From: Vibrio sp. MedPE-SWchi
GTDB taxonomy: Bacteria > Pseudomonadota > Gammaproteobacteria > Enterobacterales > Vibrionaceae
Reading direction: 5' to 3'
Assembly: GCA_001874155.1 (NCBI GenBank)
Contig: MPDB01000008.1
Coordinates: 30,176-94,175, forward strand
Length of the DNA: 64,000 nt
The position numbers and the translations under genes were made by a program. How positions within the stretch are numbered: the first letter of the stretch is position 1; each line of letters begins with the position of its first letter. The notes beneath the pieces are model-generated. The model worked only from the letters and a program-made list of their open reading frames with translations. It ran no database searches and had not been told where the DNA came from. Below are positions 50,866 through 62,592 of the stretch, piece by piece.

Positions 50866-51147
50866 TTATCGATTAAGATAGGCTTGCAGCTCTTCGGGTG
50901 AAATCCCTTGTTCAGCGAGTTGTTTTGCTAACAACTGCACCTTCTCACCCTTTCTTGATTCAATCACTTGCTGAAACTGAAAGACAATATCACTCAATAC
51001 ATCGACAGGAACTTGCTTAGCTGCACTACGAATTCGCTCACCACTTTGGTTCCCCATTTCGTTGAGGATTTTGCCAAACATGATTTTTTCTGGTGCTTCT
51101 TCTAGTTGTTCTAGAACTCGCGCCATTTCGTACGTTGTCATTGACAT
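50866..51147 (-). CDS. tsrA: TsrA-like small regulator (H-NS oligomerisation-domain-like)
   Basis: 93 aa, ending LAEQGISPEEL like the H-NS N-terminal region; position between asnC and the MFS gene matches V. cholerae tsrA (recalled synteny). Confidence 0.75.
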   Translation of the reverse strand: MSMTTYEMARVLEQLEEAPEKIMFGKILNEMGNQSGERIRSAAKQVPVDVLSDIVFQFQQVIESRKGEKVQLLAKQLAEQGISPEELQAYLNR

Positions 51148-51268
51148 TATTGTTGAGTATCCACTGCGTCTATTTTTAGATTAGTGGTTCAAATATACAC
51201 CTGTTTAACGCGTAATAATACAGCATTTTTAATAAGTAACGTTTATAACTAATAAGCGTTCGCGAGTT

Positions 51269-52477
51269 CTAGACTCTTACTTCATGCCATCGGTGGCCGA
51301 CTTTAGAACAGAGTACGATTAAACTTGGTGCGGTGATCCATAGCAAAAGAGTAATTAACATTTCAGGTTGCAGTGATAGCCTTTGCATTAGTCCAACCAC
51401 TAAACCAGCACCACTCATTTGAAACAAACCAAGTAACGCGGCGGCAGTGCCTGCTTTATCACCAAATGGGGCAAGCGCTTTACCCGCCGAAGCACCTAAG
51501 ACCCACGCAAAACCAATAGAAGAGACAAAGATAGGCAACATGAAGGCCAATGCCGTCTGCTGACTTTGTAACGCCAGCATGAGAACTCCGGCTGTATTAA
51601 GCATCAGGACGCCAATAATGATCGTCATGCGAGTGCCTAGCTTTTCCATACATTTTGGCGCCGTCATACACGCAATGATGTTAAAAACCGCATTGATACC
51701 AAACCAAAAAGTAAACTCATTCATCGTCAAGCTGTAGCGTTCCATCAATACATGCGGAGCGGATGTGACGTAAGCCAAGATGACCGCCATTGAAAACATA
51801 CACAGCGAGGCATGGAACAGGAACATTGGGTTTCGCAACACATCAATGTAGCGACTTGGTTTAAATATCGCGCCAGTAAACTTCGATGGATTGGTCTCTT
51901 TTTGATTAAAGAACAAAATGATACCGACCGTTAAAGCGAACACGGCCATGAACGAGAAGTTCGATCGCCAACCGAATTGCTGCGTCAACCATGCACCAAA
52001 GATTGGCGCTAATGCTGGAATGAAACAGATCGCACCATTAAGGTAACTGATCATCTTGCCGCTTTTTTGTGGACCAAATAGGTCGCGAACAGTTGCAAAA
52101 GCAGCTACTGCGGTCGCACATGCTCCCAAGCCTTGTAGTAGCCTAGCGATAAGCATCCACTCAATGGTTTGTGCGGCCCACGCCAAGCAAGCACTCAAAC
52201 CGTAGATACTCACGCCAACTAATGCAACTGTTCGACGTCCGTGCTTGTCTGCTAAAGGACCCGCGAATAACTGCCCTACGCCCATAGCAAACAAAAACCA
52301 TGTAATCGTGTCTTGTATCCTTGTCTGTTCCACGTGAAACGTATCCGCCATTTGCGGGAACGCTGGCAAATAGATATCAATGCCCAAAGGACTAAACAGC
52401 ACCAGCATGGTCAGTAGGGCCATTTGAAGTTTGCTTGGATTATCTAATTGAGGCGTATTCACGGTGTTGATGCTCAC
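51269..52477 (-). CDS. Bcr/CflA family multidrug MFS transporter
   Basis: GIDIYLPAFP; GPLADKHGRR; RLLQGLG; GWRSNF. Confidence 0.92.
   Translation of the reverse strand: MSINTVNTPQLDNPSKLQMALLTMLVLFSPLGIDIYLPAFPQMADTFHVEQTRIQDTITWFLFAMGVGQLFAGPLADKHGRRTVALVGVSIYGLSACLAWAAQTIEWMLIARLLQGLGACATAVAAFATVRDLFGPQKSGKMISYLNGAICFIPALAPIFGAWLTQQFGWRSNFSFMAVFALTVGIILFFNQKETNPSKFTGAIFKPSRYIDVLRNPMFLFHASLCMFSMAVILAYVTSAPHVLMERYSLTMNEFTFWFGINAVFNIIACMTAPKCMEKLGTRMTIIIGVLMLNTAGVLMLALQSQQTALAFMLPIFVSSIGFAWVLGASAGKALAPFGDKAGTAAALLGLFQMSGAGLVVGLMQRLSLQPEMLITLLLWITAPSLIVLCSKVGHRWHEVRV
52326..52341. promoter_or_regulatory. parS1 site within the MFS gene
   Basis: TGTTCCACGTGAAACG, a close match to the parS consensus TGTTNCACGTGAAACA. 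Confidence 0.75.
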
Positions 52478-52579
52478 ATGGTTAATAAAGGATATTGAGT
52501 GCCTGAGAGTTTACTTCATTCATGTTATTCTAAAAAATGGCTTATACTCATACCTACTATTCCCAAATGGAAAATCACA

Positions 52580-53527
52580 ATGTCTATCGACGCGCTGTCT
52601 AGAATCGATCTGAACTTGCTCGTGTGCCTCAATGTATTGATTGAAGAGCGAAGTGTCACCCGCGCAGCTCAAAGGCTTTATCTCAGCCAATCCGCTGTGA
52701 GCAAGTCTCTTTCAAAGCTGCGTGAACAGTTCGATGATCCGCTTTTTGTTCGTACCTCACATGGTTTGCGACCGACCGCAAAAAGCCTATACCTGAAACC
52801 TCGTCTAGAGAACCTGATTCATCAGTTGGAAAGCATTACACAGCCACAAGAGTTCTGCCCAGAAACCAGTGAGTACCGATTTCACATTGCAGCCGTAGAA
52901 AGTGTGTATCCGCTGATACTGCCCTATTTCATGCCTGCGGTTTTCCAACAAGGCCCAAGGCTGAATATTTCAACCCACTCTTGGAATGAACAAACCTTTA
53001 AGCGATTGCAACTTGGGGAACTCGATATCGGAATCACGGGAAAAGATATCGATATCAATGACGCTCGATTAACCATGCTTCCTCCAGAAGACATTAAGGA
53101 GCTGGAGATTTACCAAGATCAGCAGATGTGCGTGGTTCGTAAAGGGCATCCTATGCTAGAGCACATTCATGATTGGAACATCGATATGTATCTCTCGATG
53201 AGGCATGTGCAGGTTCGGTGCGATGGTAACGATCGCTGGTTGCTCGACTATCGATTAGCAGATTTAGGTAAGGAGCGCGATATTGCCATCACCGTTCCTG
53301 ACTTTAATAGTGCCGCTAGCCTATGTACGTATACTGATTTTGTGTTCACTGCCCCGAGCCACTTCACCTCGCTCATTGCGAAGCAATTGGATCTCGTCGA
53401 ACTGCCACTGCCAATGGCATTCCCTGCAATGGCTTATACTTTATTCTGGCATAAAGACAGAGAAAACGACCCCGCTTTGACTTGGTTAACGAATATCATC
53501 AAAGAGAAAACTCGTTTACTCAGATAG
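52580..53527 (+). CDS. LysR family regulator
   Basis: IDLNLLVCL...SVTRAAQRLYLSQSAVSKSLSKLREQFDDPLF; divergent from the MFS gene. Confidence 0.92.
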   Translation: MSIDALSRIDLNLLVCLNVLIEERSVTRAAQRLYLSQSAVSKSLSKLREQFDDPLFVRTSHGLRPTAKSLYLKPRLENLIHQLESITQPQEFCPETSEYRFHIAAVESVYPLILPYFMPAVFQQGPRLNISTHSWNEQTFKRLQLGELDIGITGKDIDINDARLTMLPPEDIKELEIYQDQQMCVVRKGHPMLEHIHDWNIDMYLSMRHVQVRCDGNDRWLLDYRLADLGKERDIAITVPDFNSAASLCTYTDFVFTAPSHFTSLIAKQLDLVELPLPMAFPAMAYTLFWHKDRENDPALTWLTNIIKEKTRLLR

Positions 53528-53635
53528 TTTGCAGCCATCAATCAAAAAGAGTAGCTTGTATTTTCAAGAGACAACACCCAATTCGGTAGCACTATACGTA
53601 GTCACGCCAAAGGACAAATCAAGAAGGACCATTTG

Positions 53636-55426
53636 ATGCATCACACGATTTCCGAGCGTGTTCAAGCGATGAGAGCTTGGCTAACAAAACACGACTATGA
53701 CGCGATTATCATCCCACATGAAGATGAGTTTCTCGGTGAATATGTCCCAGCACATAATGAACGCTTACACTGGCTAACTGGCTTCACAGGTTCTGCTGGC
53801 TGCACCGTTATAACGGCAGATAAAGCGGCAATTTTCGTTGATGGACGCTATACCGTGCAAGTTAGGAAGCAGGTTCCTGACACCATTTTTGAGTACCGCC
53901 ATTTGATTGAAGAGCCAGCACTGGATTGGATGACTGACAACTTGGCAGCGAATGCGAAGGTGGCTTTCGACCCGAGAATGCACACAGGTGCTTGGCTAAA
54001 CCTCGCTCAATCAAAACTCTCTTCTAAGCTTGAGCTAAGCGCTGTCACCTCAAACCCAGTTGATGAGTTATGGACTGATCGCCCAGCCGCTAACCTCTCG
54101 GCAGCGCGATTGATGGAGCTTGAATTAGTCGGTCAGTCTAGTGTCACGAAACGAGACTTAGTAGCGAAAGAAATTGGAGCACAAGGTGCAGATTGTGCTG
54201 TGATTACCTCTTTAGATTCCATCTGCTGGCTATTGAATGTACGCGGTTTGGATGTATCTCGATTGCCTGTACTGCTATCCCACGCAATCCTATACACGGA
54301 TTCAAGCGTCGATTTCTTTATCGACCCTGCTCGTTTACCTGGGGAGTTCACAACTCATGTCGGTAACGATGTACGTGTGCAAGCACCTGACTCATTGAAA
54401 GATGTCCTCTCTTCTTTAACCAATAAGAAAGTCATTGTCGATGCTGCTACCAGTAATTCTTGGTTCCGATTGCAGCTACAAAATGCCGGTGCGTTACTGC
54501 TAAACAGCGCAGACCCATGCTTGCAGCCAAAAGCACAAAAGAACCCAACCGAAATCGCCGGTATGAAGGCATGCCATGTTAGAGATGGCGTCGCGATGAC
54601 TAAATTCTTAACGTGGTTTGATGAGCAGATTGATCAAGGAAACCTACTTAATGAGGGACAACTCTCCGACCGCCTGCAGGAGTTTAGAGAGGAAGACCCT
54701 ACCCTCGTTGACCTGAGCTTCGATACAATTTCAGCCGCTTCAGTGAACGCGGCAATGTGTCATTACAACCACAACAATGAGCCGGCACCCACTGATCTCG
54801 CAATGGATTCTCTTTACCTCGTTGATTCGGGAGGCCAATACCCTGATGGCACTACCGATATCACACGTACACTGGCCATTGGTCAACCAAGCGATGAGAT
54901 GAAAAGACAGTTTACGTTGGTACTGAAAGGACATATCGCCGTTGCACGCGCTCGATTTCCAAAGGGAACGAGCGGCCATCAACTCGATACCCTGGCTCGC
55001 CAATATCTTTGGGCAGAAGGCTATGATTACGACCATGGTACTGGACACGGTGTCGGTCACTTCTTGAGTGTTCATGAAGGCCCGCAAAGTATTTCAAAGC
55101 GACCAATAACAGTACCACTTAAGGCTGGCATGGTACTTTCCAATGAGCCTGGTTACTACCGAGCGAACGAATTTGGCATTCGAATTGAAAACTTGGAATT
55201 GGTGAAAGAGATTGAGACAGAGGGAGATTTCCCCGTTCTTACATTTGAGTCGTTGACTCGCTGCCCTATCGATCATCGAAACATCAATGTCGATATGTTA
55301 ACTCGACCTGAACTTGCGTGGCTCAATGAGTATCACGATAAAGTGTGGAACGATATCAGTCCATTGGTCGAAGGGAAAGTTAAGATCTGGCTAGAACAGG
55401 CCACCCAAAAGCTCTCTTATAGCTAG
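53636..55426 (+). CDS. Aminopeptidase P family (M24B) protein
   Basis: GFTGSAG; FVDGRY; DSGGQYPDGTTDITRT; HGTGHGVG..VHEGP; SNEPGYY; GIRIEN. Confidence 0.95.
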   Translation: MHHTISERVQAMRAWLTKHDYDAIIIPHEDEFLGEYVPAHNERLHWLTGFTGSAGCTVITADKAAIFVDGRYTVQVRKQVPDTIFEYRHLIEEPALDWMTDNLAANAKVAFDPRMHTGAWLNLAQSKLSSKLELSAVTSNPVDELWTDRPAANLSAARLMELELVGQSSVTKRDLVAKEIGAQGADCAVITSLDSICWLLNVRGLDVSRLPVLLSHAILYTDSSVDFFIDPARLPGEFTTHVGNDVRVQAPDSLKDVLSSLTNKKVIVDAATSNSWFRLQLQNAGALLLNSADPCLQPKAQKNPTEIAGMKACHVRDGVAMTKFLTWFDEQIDQGNLLNEGQLSDRLQEFREEDPTLVDLSFDTISAASVNAAMCHYNHNNEPAPTDLAMDSLYLVDSGGQYPDGTTDITRTLAIGQPSDEMKRQFTLVLKGHIAVARARFPKGTSGHQLDTLARQYLWAEGYDYDHGTGHGVGHFLSVHEGPQSISKRPITVPLKAGMVLSNEPGYYRANEFGIRIENLELVKEIETEGDFPVLTFESLTRCPIDHRNINVDMLTRPELAWLNEYHDKVWNDISPLVEGKVKIWLEQATQKLSYS

Positions 55427-55524
55427 TAACAACTCGTAGTGATGTCGATTGTTTACTTTAATTGGCTGTTGCTGTTAATGATTAACCTGACTGATCATTA
55501 AAGCCTACTAAAGATAGTGGCACA

Positions 55525-55566
55525 TAAGAGTTAAGAGTTAAGAGTTAAGAGTTAAGAGTTAAGAGT
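55525..55566. repeat. Heptamer tandem repeat (TAAGAGT)x6
   Basis: Six perfect copies plus a degenerate seventh (TAGAG). Confidence 0.95.
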
Positions 55567-55588
55567 TAGAGGCTAAATCACCCGATAC

Positions 55589-55619
55589 TAAAATGGCTAC
55601 GAAATTCGTAGCCATTTTT
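55589..55619. terminator. Bidirectional terminator (aminopeptidase P / thiH)
   Basis: AAAATGGCTACGAA-a-TTCGTAGCCATTTTT. Confidence 0.8.
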
Positions 55620-55620
55620 A

Positions 55621-55636
55621 TGTTTCACGTGAAACA
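55621..55636. promoter_or_regulatory. parS1 centromere-like site
   Basis: Perfect palindrome TGTTTCACGTGAAACA, intergenic. Confidence 0.93.
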
Positions 55637-55664
55637 CTCTATCGAACTAACATACCTAGTTTCG

Positions 55665-56777
55665 CTATCCAGAGTATCCGCTGTGCCAATCTTTCCAGAC
55701 TGGGTCAAAACCTTTGCTGTGGATCATCTTCGCTACTTCAGCTGCACTGCGTTCATCACTGATTTCAAACTGCTCTAATTCAACATCTTCTAGCGCATAG
55801 CCACCAGGTTGGGTTTTTGAAGCAGCAGACATACTCGTGATGCCCAAAGGCAACACATTATCTCTAAATACGGCTGACTCTCGCGTAGAAAGAGACAGTT
55901 CAACCTCGGGGTTAAGCAATCGATAGGCACAAATCAGCTGTACCAGCTGCTTATCTGACATGATTGACTTAGGCTGTAACCCTCCCTCACAGGGTCTTAA
56001 TCTAGGAAAGGATATTGAATAGCGTGTCTGCCAATACTTACGCTCTAGATAATCCAAATGTGCCGCCACATAAAAACAATCTGTTCTCCACTCCTCGAGC
56101 CCTATCAGAGCACCGATACCAATTTTGTCGATACCTGCCTTTGCCAGTCGATCGGGTGTTTCTAAACGATACTCAAAGTCTGTTTTGTTGCCACGCAAAT
56201 GATGTTCAGCGTACGTACTTGGGTGGTAGGTTTCCTGATACACCATCACAGCATCTAAGCCCAGCGTCTTTAGCTCAGCGTACTCTTCTTGGTCTAACGG
56301 CTGAACTTCCATGGCGAGGTAGTTGAACTCACTTTTAATCACTGGAAGCGCTTCTCGAAAGTACTTCATTCCGACCTTGGTTTCGTGTTCACCAGTTACC
56401 AATAGCACGCTGTCGAAATTCATCTTTTTTATCGCGGTCACTTCCGCTTTTATTTCTGTCTCATTGAGCGTGCGACGCTTGATGCGATTCTCCATCGAGA
56501 AGCCACAATACGTACAAGCATTCGCGCAAAGATTGGATAAATACAGTGGAATATACAGCGATATGGTATTGCCAAATCTTTTCCGTGTTAAGGCCAAAGA
56601 TCGTTGTGCCATCTGCTCTAAGTAAGGTTCTGCTGCAGGTGAAATCAACGCTTTGAAATCTTCTAGGTCGCACTTTGATTTGGACAACGCTCGCTCTACA
56701 TCCACGGCGGTTTTTCCGTAAATAGAAAGGCGAACATCGTCCCAATTAAGCCGACGAAACTCTTCAACAAAGCTCAT
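55665..56777 (-). CDS. thiH: 2-iminoacetate synthase ThiH
   Basis: YIPLYLSNLCANACTYCGF radical SAM motif; YQETY; ISFPRLRP; LSTRE. Confidence 0.96.
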   Translation of the reverse strand: MSFVEEFRRLNWDDVRLSIYGKTAVDVERALSKSKCDLEDFKALISPAAEPYLEQMAQRSLALTRKRFGNTISLYIPLYLSNLCANACTYCGFSMENRIKRRTLNETEIKAEVTAIKKMNFDSVLLVTGEHETKVGMKYFREALPVIKSEFNYLAMEVQPLDQEEYAELKTLGLDAVMVYQETYHPSTYAEHHLRGNKTDFEYRLETPDRLAKAGIDKIGIGALIGLEEWRTDCFYVAAHLDYLERKYWQTRYSISFPRLRPCEGGLQPKSIMSDKQLVQLICAYRLLNPEVELSLSTRESAVFRDNVLPLGITSMSAASKTQPGGYALEDVELEQFEISDERSAAEVAKMIHSKGFDPVWKDWHSGYSG

Positions 56778-56785
56778 CTTAACTC

Positions 56786-57550
56786 CTAAACATCAAGGAA
56801 TGAGGTCAATGGACTTGATGCTACCGCATGAGACACTTGACCAGCTAAACCAGACTCATACGCAAGTCGACCGGACTCTACCGCCAATTTGAAGGCTGTC
56901 GCCATTGCTACCGGGTTCGGAGATGCAGCGATGGCTGTGTTCACAAGAACGGCATCTGCGCCCATTTCCATCGCAAGCGCGGCGTGGGAAGGCGCTCCAA
57001 TACCGGCATCAACCACAACAGGAATGTTGGCCTGATCAATAATTATCTCGAGGAAATCAACGGATGCCAACCCTTTGTTTGAGCCGATCGGAGCACCAAG
57101 GGGCATAACAGCTGCACAGCCCACCTCTTCCAAACGCTTACAAAGAACCGGATCGGCATGACAGTAAGGCAGAACCACGAATCCATCTTTAACCAGCTGT
57201 TCAGCGGCTTTGAGCGTTTCAATTGGATCAGGCATCAGATACTTAGGGTCAGGGTGAATCTCAAGCTTAAGCCAGTTAGTTCCAAGCGCTTCGCGAGCCA
57301 AGTGAGAGGCGAAGATAGCGTCTTTAGCGTTCTTGGCGCCAGATGTATTAGGTAAAAGATTCACACCCGCTTCGATAATAGGTTGAAGTATATCGTCATG
57401 AGTAGAATGTATATCGACTCGTTTCAACGCCATGGTCGCAAGTTGAGACCCTGACGATTTAATAGCGTCGGCCATTAAATCTTTGTTGGCAAACTTACCT
57501 GTACCCGTGAATAGTCGAGAATTAAATGTTTTATCAGCAATGGTTAGCAT
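56786..57550 (-). CDS. thiG: Thiazole synthase ThiG
   Basis: [10 protein letters not shown]; LPNTSGA; WLKLEI; DAGIGAPS. Confidence 0.97.
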   Translation of the reverse strand: MLTIADKTFNSRLFTGTGKFANKDLMADAIKSSGSQLATMALKRVDIHSTHDDILQPIIEAGVNLLPNTSGAKNAKDAIFASHLAREALGTNWLKLEIHPDPKYLMPDPIETLKAAEQLVKDGFVVLPYCHADPVLCKRLEEVGCAAVMPLGAPIGSNKGLASVDFLEIIIDQANIPVVVDAGIGAPSHAALAMEMGADAVLVNTAIAASPNPVAMATAFKLAVESGRLAYESGLAGQVSHAVASSPLTSFLDV

Positions 57551-57552
57551 GC

Positions 57553-57762
57553 TTAGCCTCCGGCGATAGCTTGAAAAAGTGAAATAGCATCACCTTCGTT
57601 TACGTTTGTATTGGTCCAAGCACTGCGAGGCACAACAACATTGTTTATAGCGAATACACAGCCCATCTCAGGCAGTGACAAAGAAGAGATAATATCCGCC
57701 AAGCTTGATGACGCTGACACGGTCTCTAATTGATCGTTAATTTTTATAGTTATAGAACTCAC
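57553..57762 (-). CDS. thiS: Sulfur carrier ThiS
   Basis: 69 aa ending in IAGG. Confidence 0.94.
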   Translation of the reverse strand: MSSITIKINDQLETVSASSSLADIISSLSLPEMGCVFAINNVVVPRSAWTNTNVNEGDAISLFQAIAGG

Positions 57763-58556
57763 AAAGAACGTTCCTTTTCATTGGTACTTAGTTTGGTGTC
57801 AGAATTTGCTGTACCACATACAGGGCAACTTTCGTCTTTGGCTACCGTTAGGTTTGTCCAATTCAGCGTTCTACCGTCAAACAGTTTTAATTGATTTGTC
57901 GACAGCATAAACTCGCCCGTAGAGAGTTTTTGAATGGCTGCGAGTGCCTGCATGTTTCCCATCGTGCCAACGACAGGGCCAACAACCCCGGAGTCACTGC
58001 ATTTGTTTGCGGTACTTGTGTGGTCAAACGGGTAGACACAACGATAGCAATTTTGTTGACTCGGAAAATCAAGGACCATCATTTGCCCTTGCCAGCCAAT
58101 GGCTGACGCTGAAACTAGTGGTTTACCCTGCTTAAAGCAAACACGATTAATGAGCTGCCTTGTTTCGAAGTTGTCACAACAGTCGAGGACAACATCCGCC
58201 AACATAACTTCTAGGTTCATTTGCTCTTCTGACAAGCGACTATGGATTTGCCTAACCTGACAACCACTGTTCATCTCAGTGAGCTGTTTGGCTATTGCTG
58301 AGACTTTTGAACACTGAAGGTCTGTCTCTCGATAAACGACTTGTCTTTGTAGGTTACTAAGCTCGACTTGATCGTCGTCTACGACAACCAGTTTTCCCAC
58401 TCCGGCAGATGCCAAATACAACGCGGCAGCGCTACCTAAACCACCGCAGCCAATCATTAATACATGACTGTTGATCAGCTTCTGTTGGCCTGTTTCCCCT
58501 ATCTCGGGAACGCTAATCTGCCTCTGGTAACGTAGGAAACTCTTATCATCAAGCAT
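57759..58556 (-). CDS. thiF: ThiS adenylyltransferase ThiF
   Basis: RYQRQI; GCGGLG; SNLQRQ; CYRC and CPVC; likely start ATG 58556. Confidence 0.93.
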   Translation of the reverse strand: MLDDKSFLRYQRQISVPEIGETGQQKLINSHVLMIGCGGLGSAAALYLASAGVGKLVVVDDDQVELSNLQRQVVYRETDLQCSKVSAIAKQLTEMNSGCQVRQIHSRLSEEQMNLEVMLADVVLDCCDNFETRQLINRVCFKQGKPLVSASAIGWQGQMMVLDFPSQQNCYRCVYPFDHTSTANKCSDSGVVGPVVGTMGNMQALAAIQKLSTGEFMLSTNQLKLFDGRTLNWTNLTVAKDESCPVCGTANSDTKLSTNEKERSL

Positions 58557-59817
58557 TCTCAAGCTCCTGCTGACCGATAGAGTTGCTGGATATTCGCGTC
58601 GACATAATGTTAGAAAAGTCTTCAATCACGCTCTGTGGAGAATCCGATAAAGTAATCGCGCGAACAACAGCAAGGCTAGATACACCACAATCCCATACTT
58701 TTGGCGCTGTAGATTGGTCGATGCCACCGATCGCAACGGTCGGAAAGCCGCGTTCTTCACTACTATATGGGATAGTATCGATAAGCCGTTGGTAAAGAGA
58801 TAACCTCACTAGCCCCTGGGGCTTCGATGGCATTTCTTTTGTCGTTGTTGGAAATATATGACCTAATGCGATGTAACTTGGTTCTATCTGAACAATTCTA
58901 AGCAGTTCGTAATATCCGTGAGTAGAGAGACCAATATTTATATTGGCTTCGCTTAAGGCTGTTAAGTTTGACTCTTCAATGTCATCTTGACCAAGATGAA
59001 CCCCAAATGCACCATGCTTAACGGCCAACTGCCAATAGTCATTGATAAAGACCTGTGCGTCGTACTCCTCACCAAGGCGAATAGAACGCTCAATTTGCTC
59101 TTCGAGGTTTTCCAATTCAGGATTCTTGATTCGAAGCTGAGTCGTCTTGATACCCATTTTCAATAGTTTTTCTATCCACTCAACACTATCGACTACGGGA
59201 TATAGACCAAGGCTGATCTTAGATAGCTTAGGAAAAGCAACACGCTTACCTTCTACTGTCCACCCAACCTGGATTGATAGTAACGAGTTCTCTAGAACCG
59301 GGATTGGGAAAATATCAAACTCACTCGGCCATGTTTCACGTGAAACACTACACGCTGCTCTTGCCAAAACCAAACTGTCTTCGAGTGGGAAATCGAGTGC
59401 CAAACACGTTAGCAACCAGGCAAAATGGCGTGGCTGTTCAAAGTCATTTGTACGAGCAGAATCGACGAACAACGCCCTGTTGGCACCGTTATGACGCCAA
59501 GCATCGTATGTGCCGTCGTCAGCATTAACACCAATAAAAACCGTGTTTGCTGAAGCAACTAGATTTTCAGAGACCTCTAACAGCGTTTGGGTCTGCAAAT
59601 AGCTAACGACAAGATCAGCCTTCGACGCCATCTCGTCTGATGTTGCCGCGTCAGATATGATGAATGACGTGTCATTGTCATGTAGAGAGAAGTTATGAGT
59701 TGGGCTGACGCCCAACTCGATATTTGCGATATCAAAACCTTGCTGTTTTGCTACCAACAAACATTGTTGTACTTCTCCCGTGAGCTCGATTGAATGAGCA
59801 GGGATGAATACGTTCAC
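58549..59817 (-). CDS. thiE: Thiamine-phosphate synthase ThiE with long N-terminal extension
   Basis: C-terminal LGLYPVVDS, QLRIK, FINDYW, GVHLGQDD, GLSTH, FPTTTK, VAIGGI. Confidence 0.93.
   Translation of the reverse strand: MNVFIPAHSIELTGEVQQCLLVAKQQGFDIANIELGVSPTHNFSLHDNDTSFIISDAATSDEMASKADLVVSYLQTQTLLEVSENLVASANTVFIGVNADDGTYDAWRHNGANRALFVDSARTNDFEQPRHFAWLLTCLALDFPLEDSLVLARAACSVSRETWPSEFDIFPIPVLENSLLSIQVGWTVEGKRVAFPKLSKISLGLYPVVDSVEWIEKLLKMGIKTTQLRIKNPELENLEEQIERSIRLGEEYDAQVFINDYWQLAVKHGAFGVHLGQDDIEESNLTALSEANINIGLSTHGYYELLRIVQIEPSYIALGHIFPTTTKEMPSKPQGLVRLSLYQRLIDTIPYSSEERGFPTVAIGGIDQSTAPKVWDCGVSSLAVVRAITLSDSPQSVIEDFSNIMSTRISSNSIGQQELENA
59332..59347. promoter_or_regulatory. parS1 site within thiE
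   Basis: Perfect TGTTTCACGTGAAACA (codons around VSRET). Confidence 0.88.
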
Positions 59818-59822
59818 TTAGT

Positions 59823-61856
<2,034 letters not shown>

Positions 61857-61918
61857 CTAAAAATTAGTACTGATCAGATGATAGGATAACCGGCGAGATT
61901 GCCAATTAGATATCTTCT

Positions 61919-62000
61919 CTTGTTCCCTTCGCAGGTATTAGCCTGATCAGGTTCAACGGATCCCGAGTTAACGGTCTCAGCCATATGGCACTCCGACAAG
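61919..62000 (-). promoter_or_regulatory. TPP riboswitch
   Basis: CTTGTCGGAGTGCC..GGCTGAGA...CCGTTGAACCTGATCAGGCTAATACCTGCGAAGGGAACAAG upstream of thiC. Confidence 0.96.
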
Positions 62001-62068
62001 TTCGTTCATTATAAAAAAGTGGCTTGGAATTACCAAGCCTATTTGTAAGTTTTTTGTTTAATTTTTAT

Positions 62069-62452
62069 TCAAGACTTAATTAGCAGCTGAAATCCGATCC
62101 ACGCGGCCGAAATACTGAGTACGACATTCAGTAATACATTAAGCCCTATTTTGAAAAACGCACCTTGCTGCATCAGCAGAACATTGTCCATCGAGAAGGT
62201 AGAAAAAGTCGTTAACGCTCCTAAAAATCCAAGTCCGATGATTTGACGCCACGGCTCCGTAGCCAAAGAGCCATTTTCAAAAGCAGCAATGAGTAAACCC
62301 ATCATCAAAGATCCAACAACGTTAACGGTTAGCGTACCGTATGGGAAGCCGCGGCCCAGTAATGAAGCACATAGCTCTGAAACCAAATAACGAGAGCATG
62401 CACCAAATGCCCCACCCAATGCGATAAACCCAAGTATAGAAAACTGCCCCAT
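62069..62452 (-). CDS. crcB: Fluoride channel Fluc/CrcB
   Basis: GGAFGACSRY; FPYGTLTVNVVGS; GFLGALTTFSTF. Confidence 0.96.
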   Translation of the reverse strand: MGQFSILGFIALGGAFGACSRYLVSELCASLLGRGFPYGTLTVNVVGSLMMGLLIAAFENGSLATEPWRQIIGLGFLGALTTFSTFSMDNVLLMQQGAFFKIGLNVLLNVVLSISAAWIGFQLLIKS

Positions 62453-62592
62453 GATAACGCCTCTTAGAATTTGATTTTGTAATTGTATGCCTTATAAAAA
62501 CAAATACGAGCTGTTCGTACCCATTTTGATCGATTAATTTTGAAGACAACAGGACTAAAACACCTGAAAATTAAAAAGTTACAGGCGTCACG

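Noticed and set aside
62453-62592. Fluoride riboswitch upstream of crcB
   Set aside because: No GGCGATGG...TGATG-type consensus is visible
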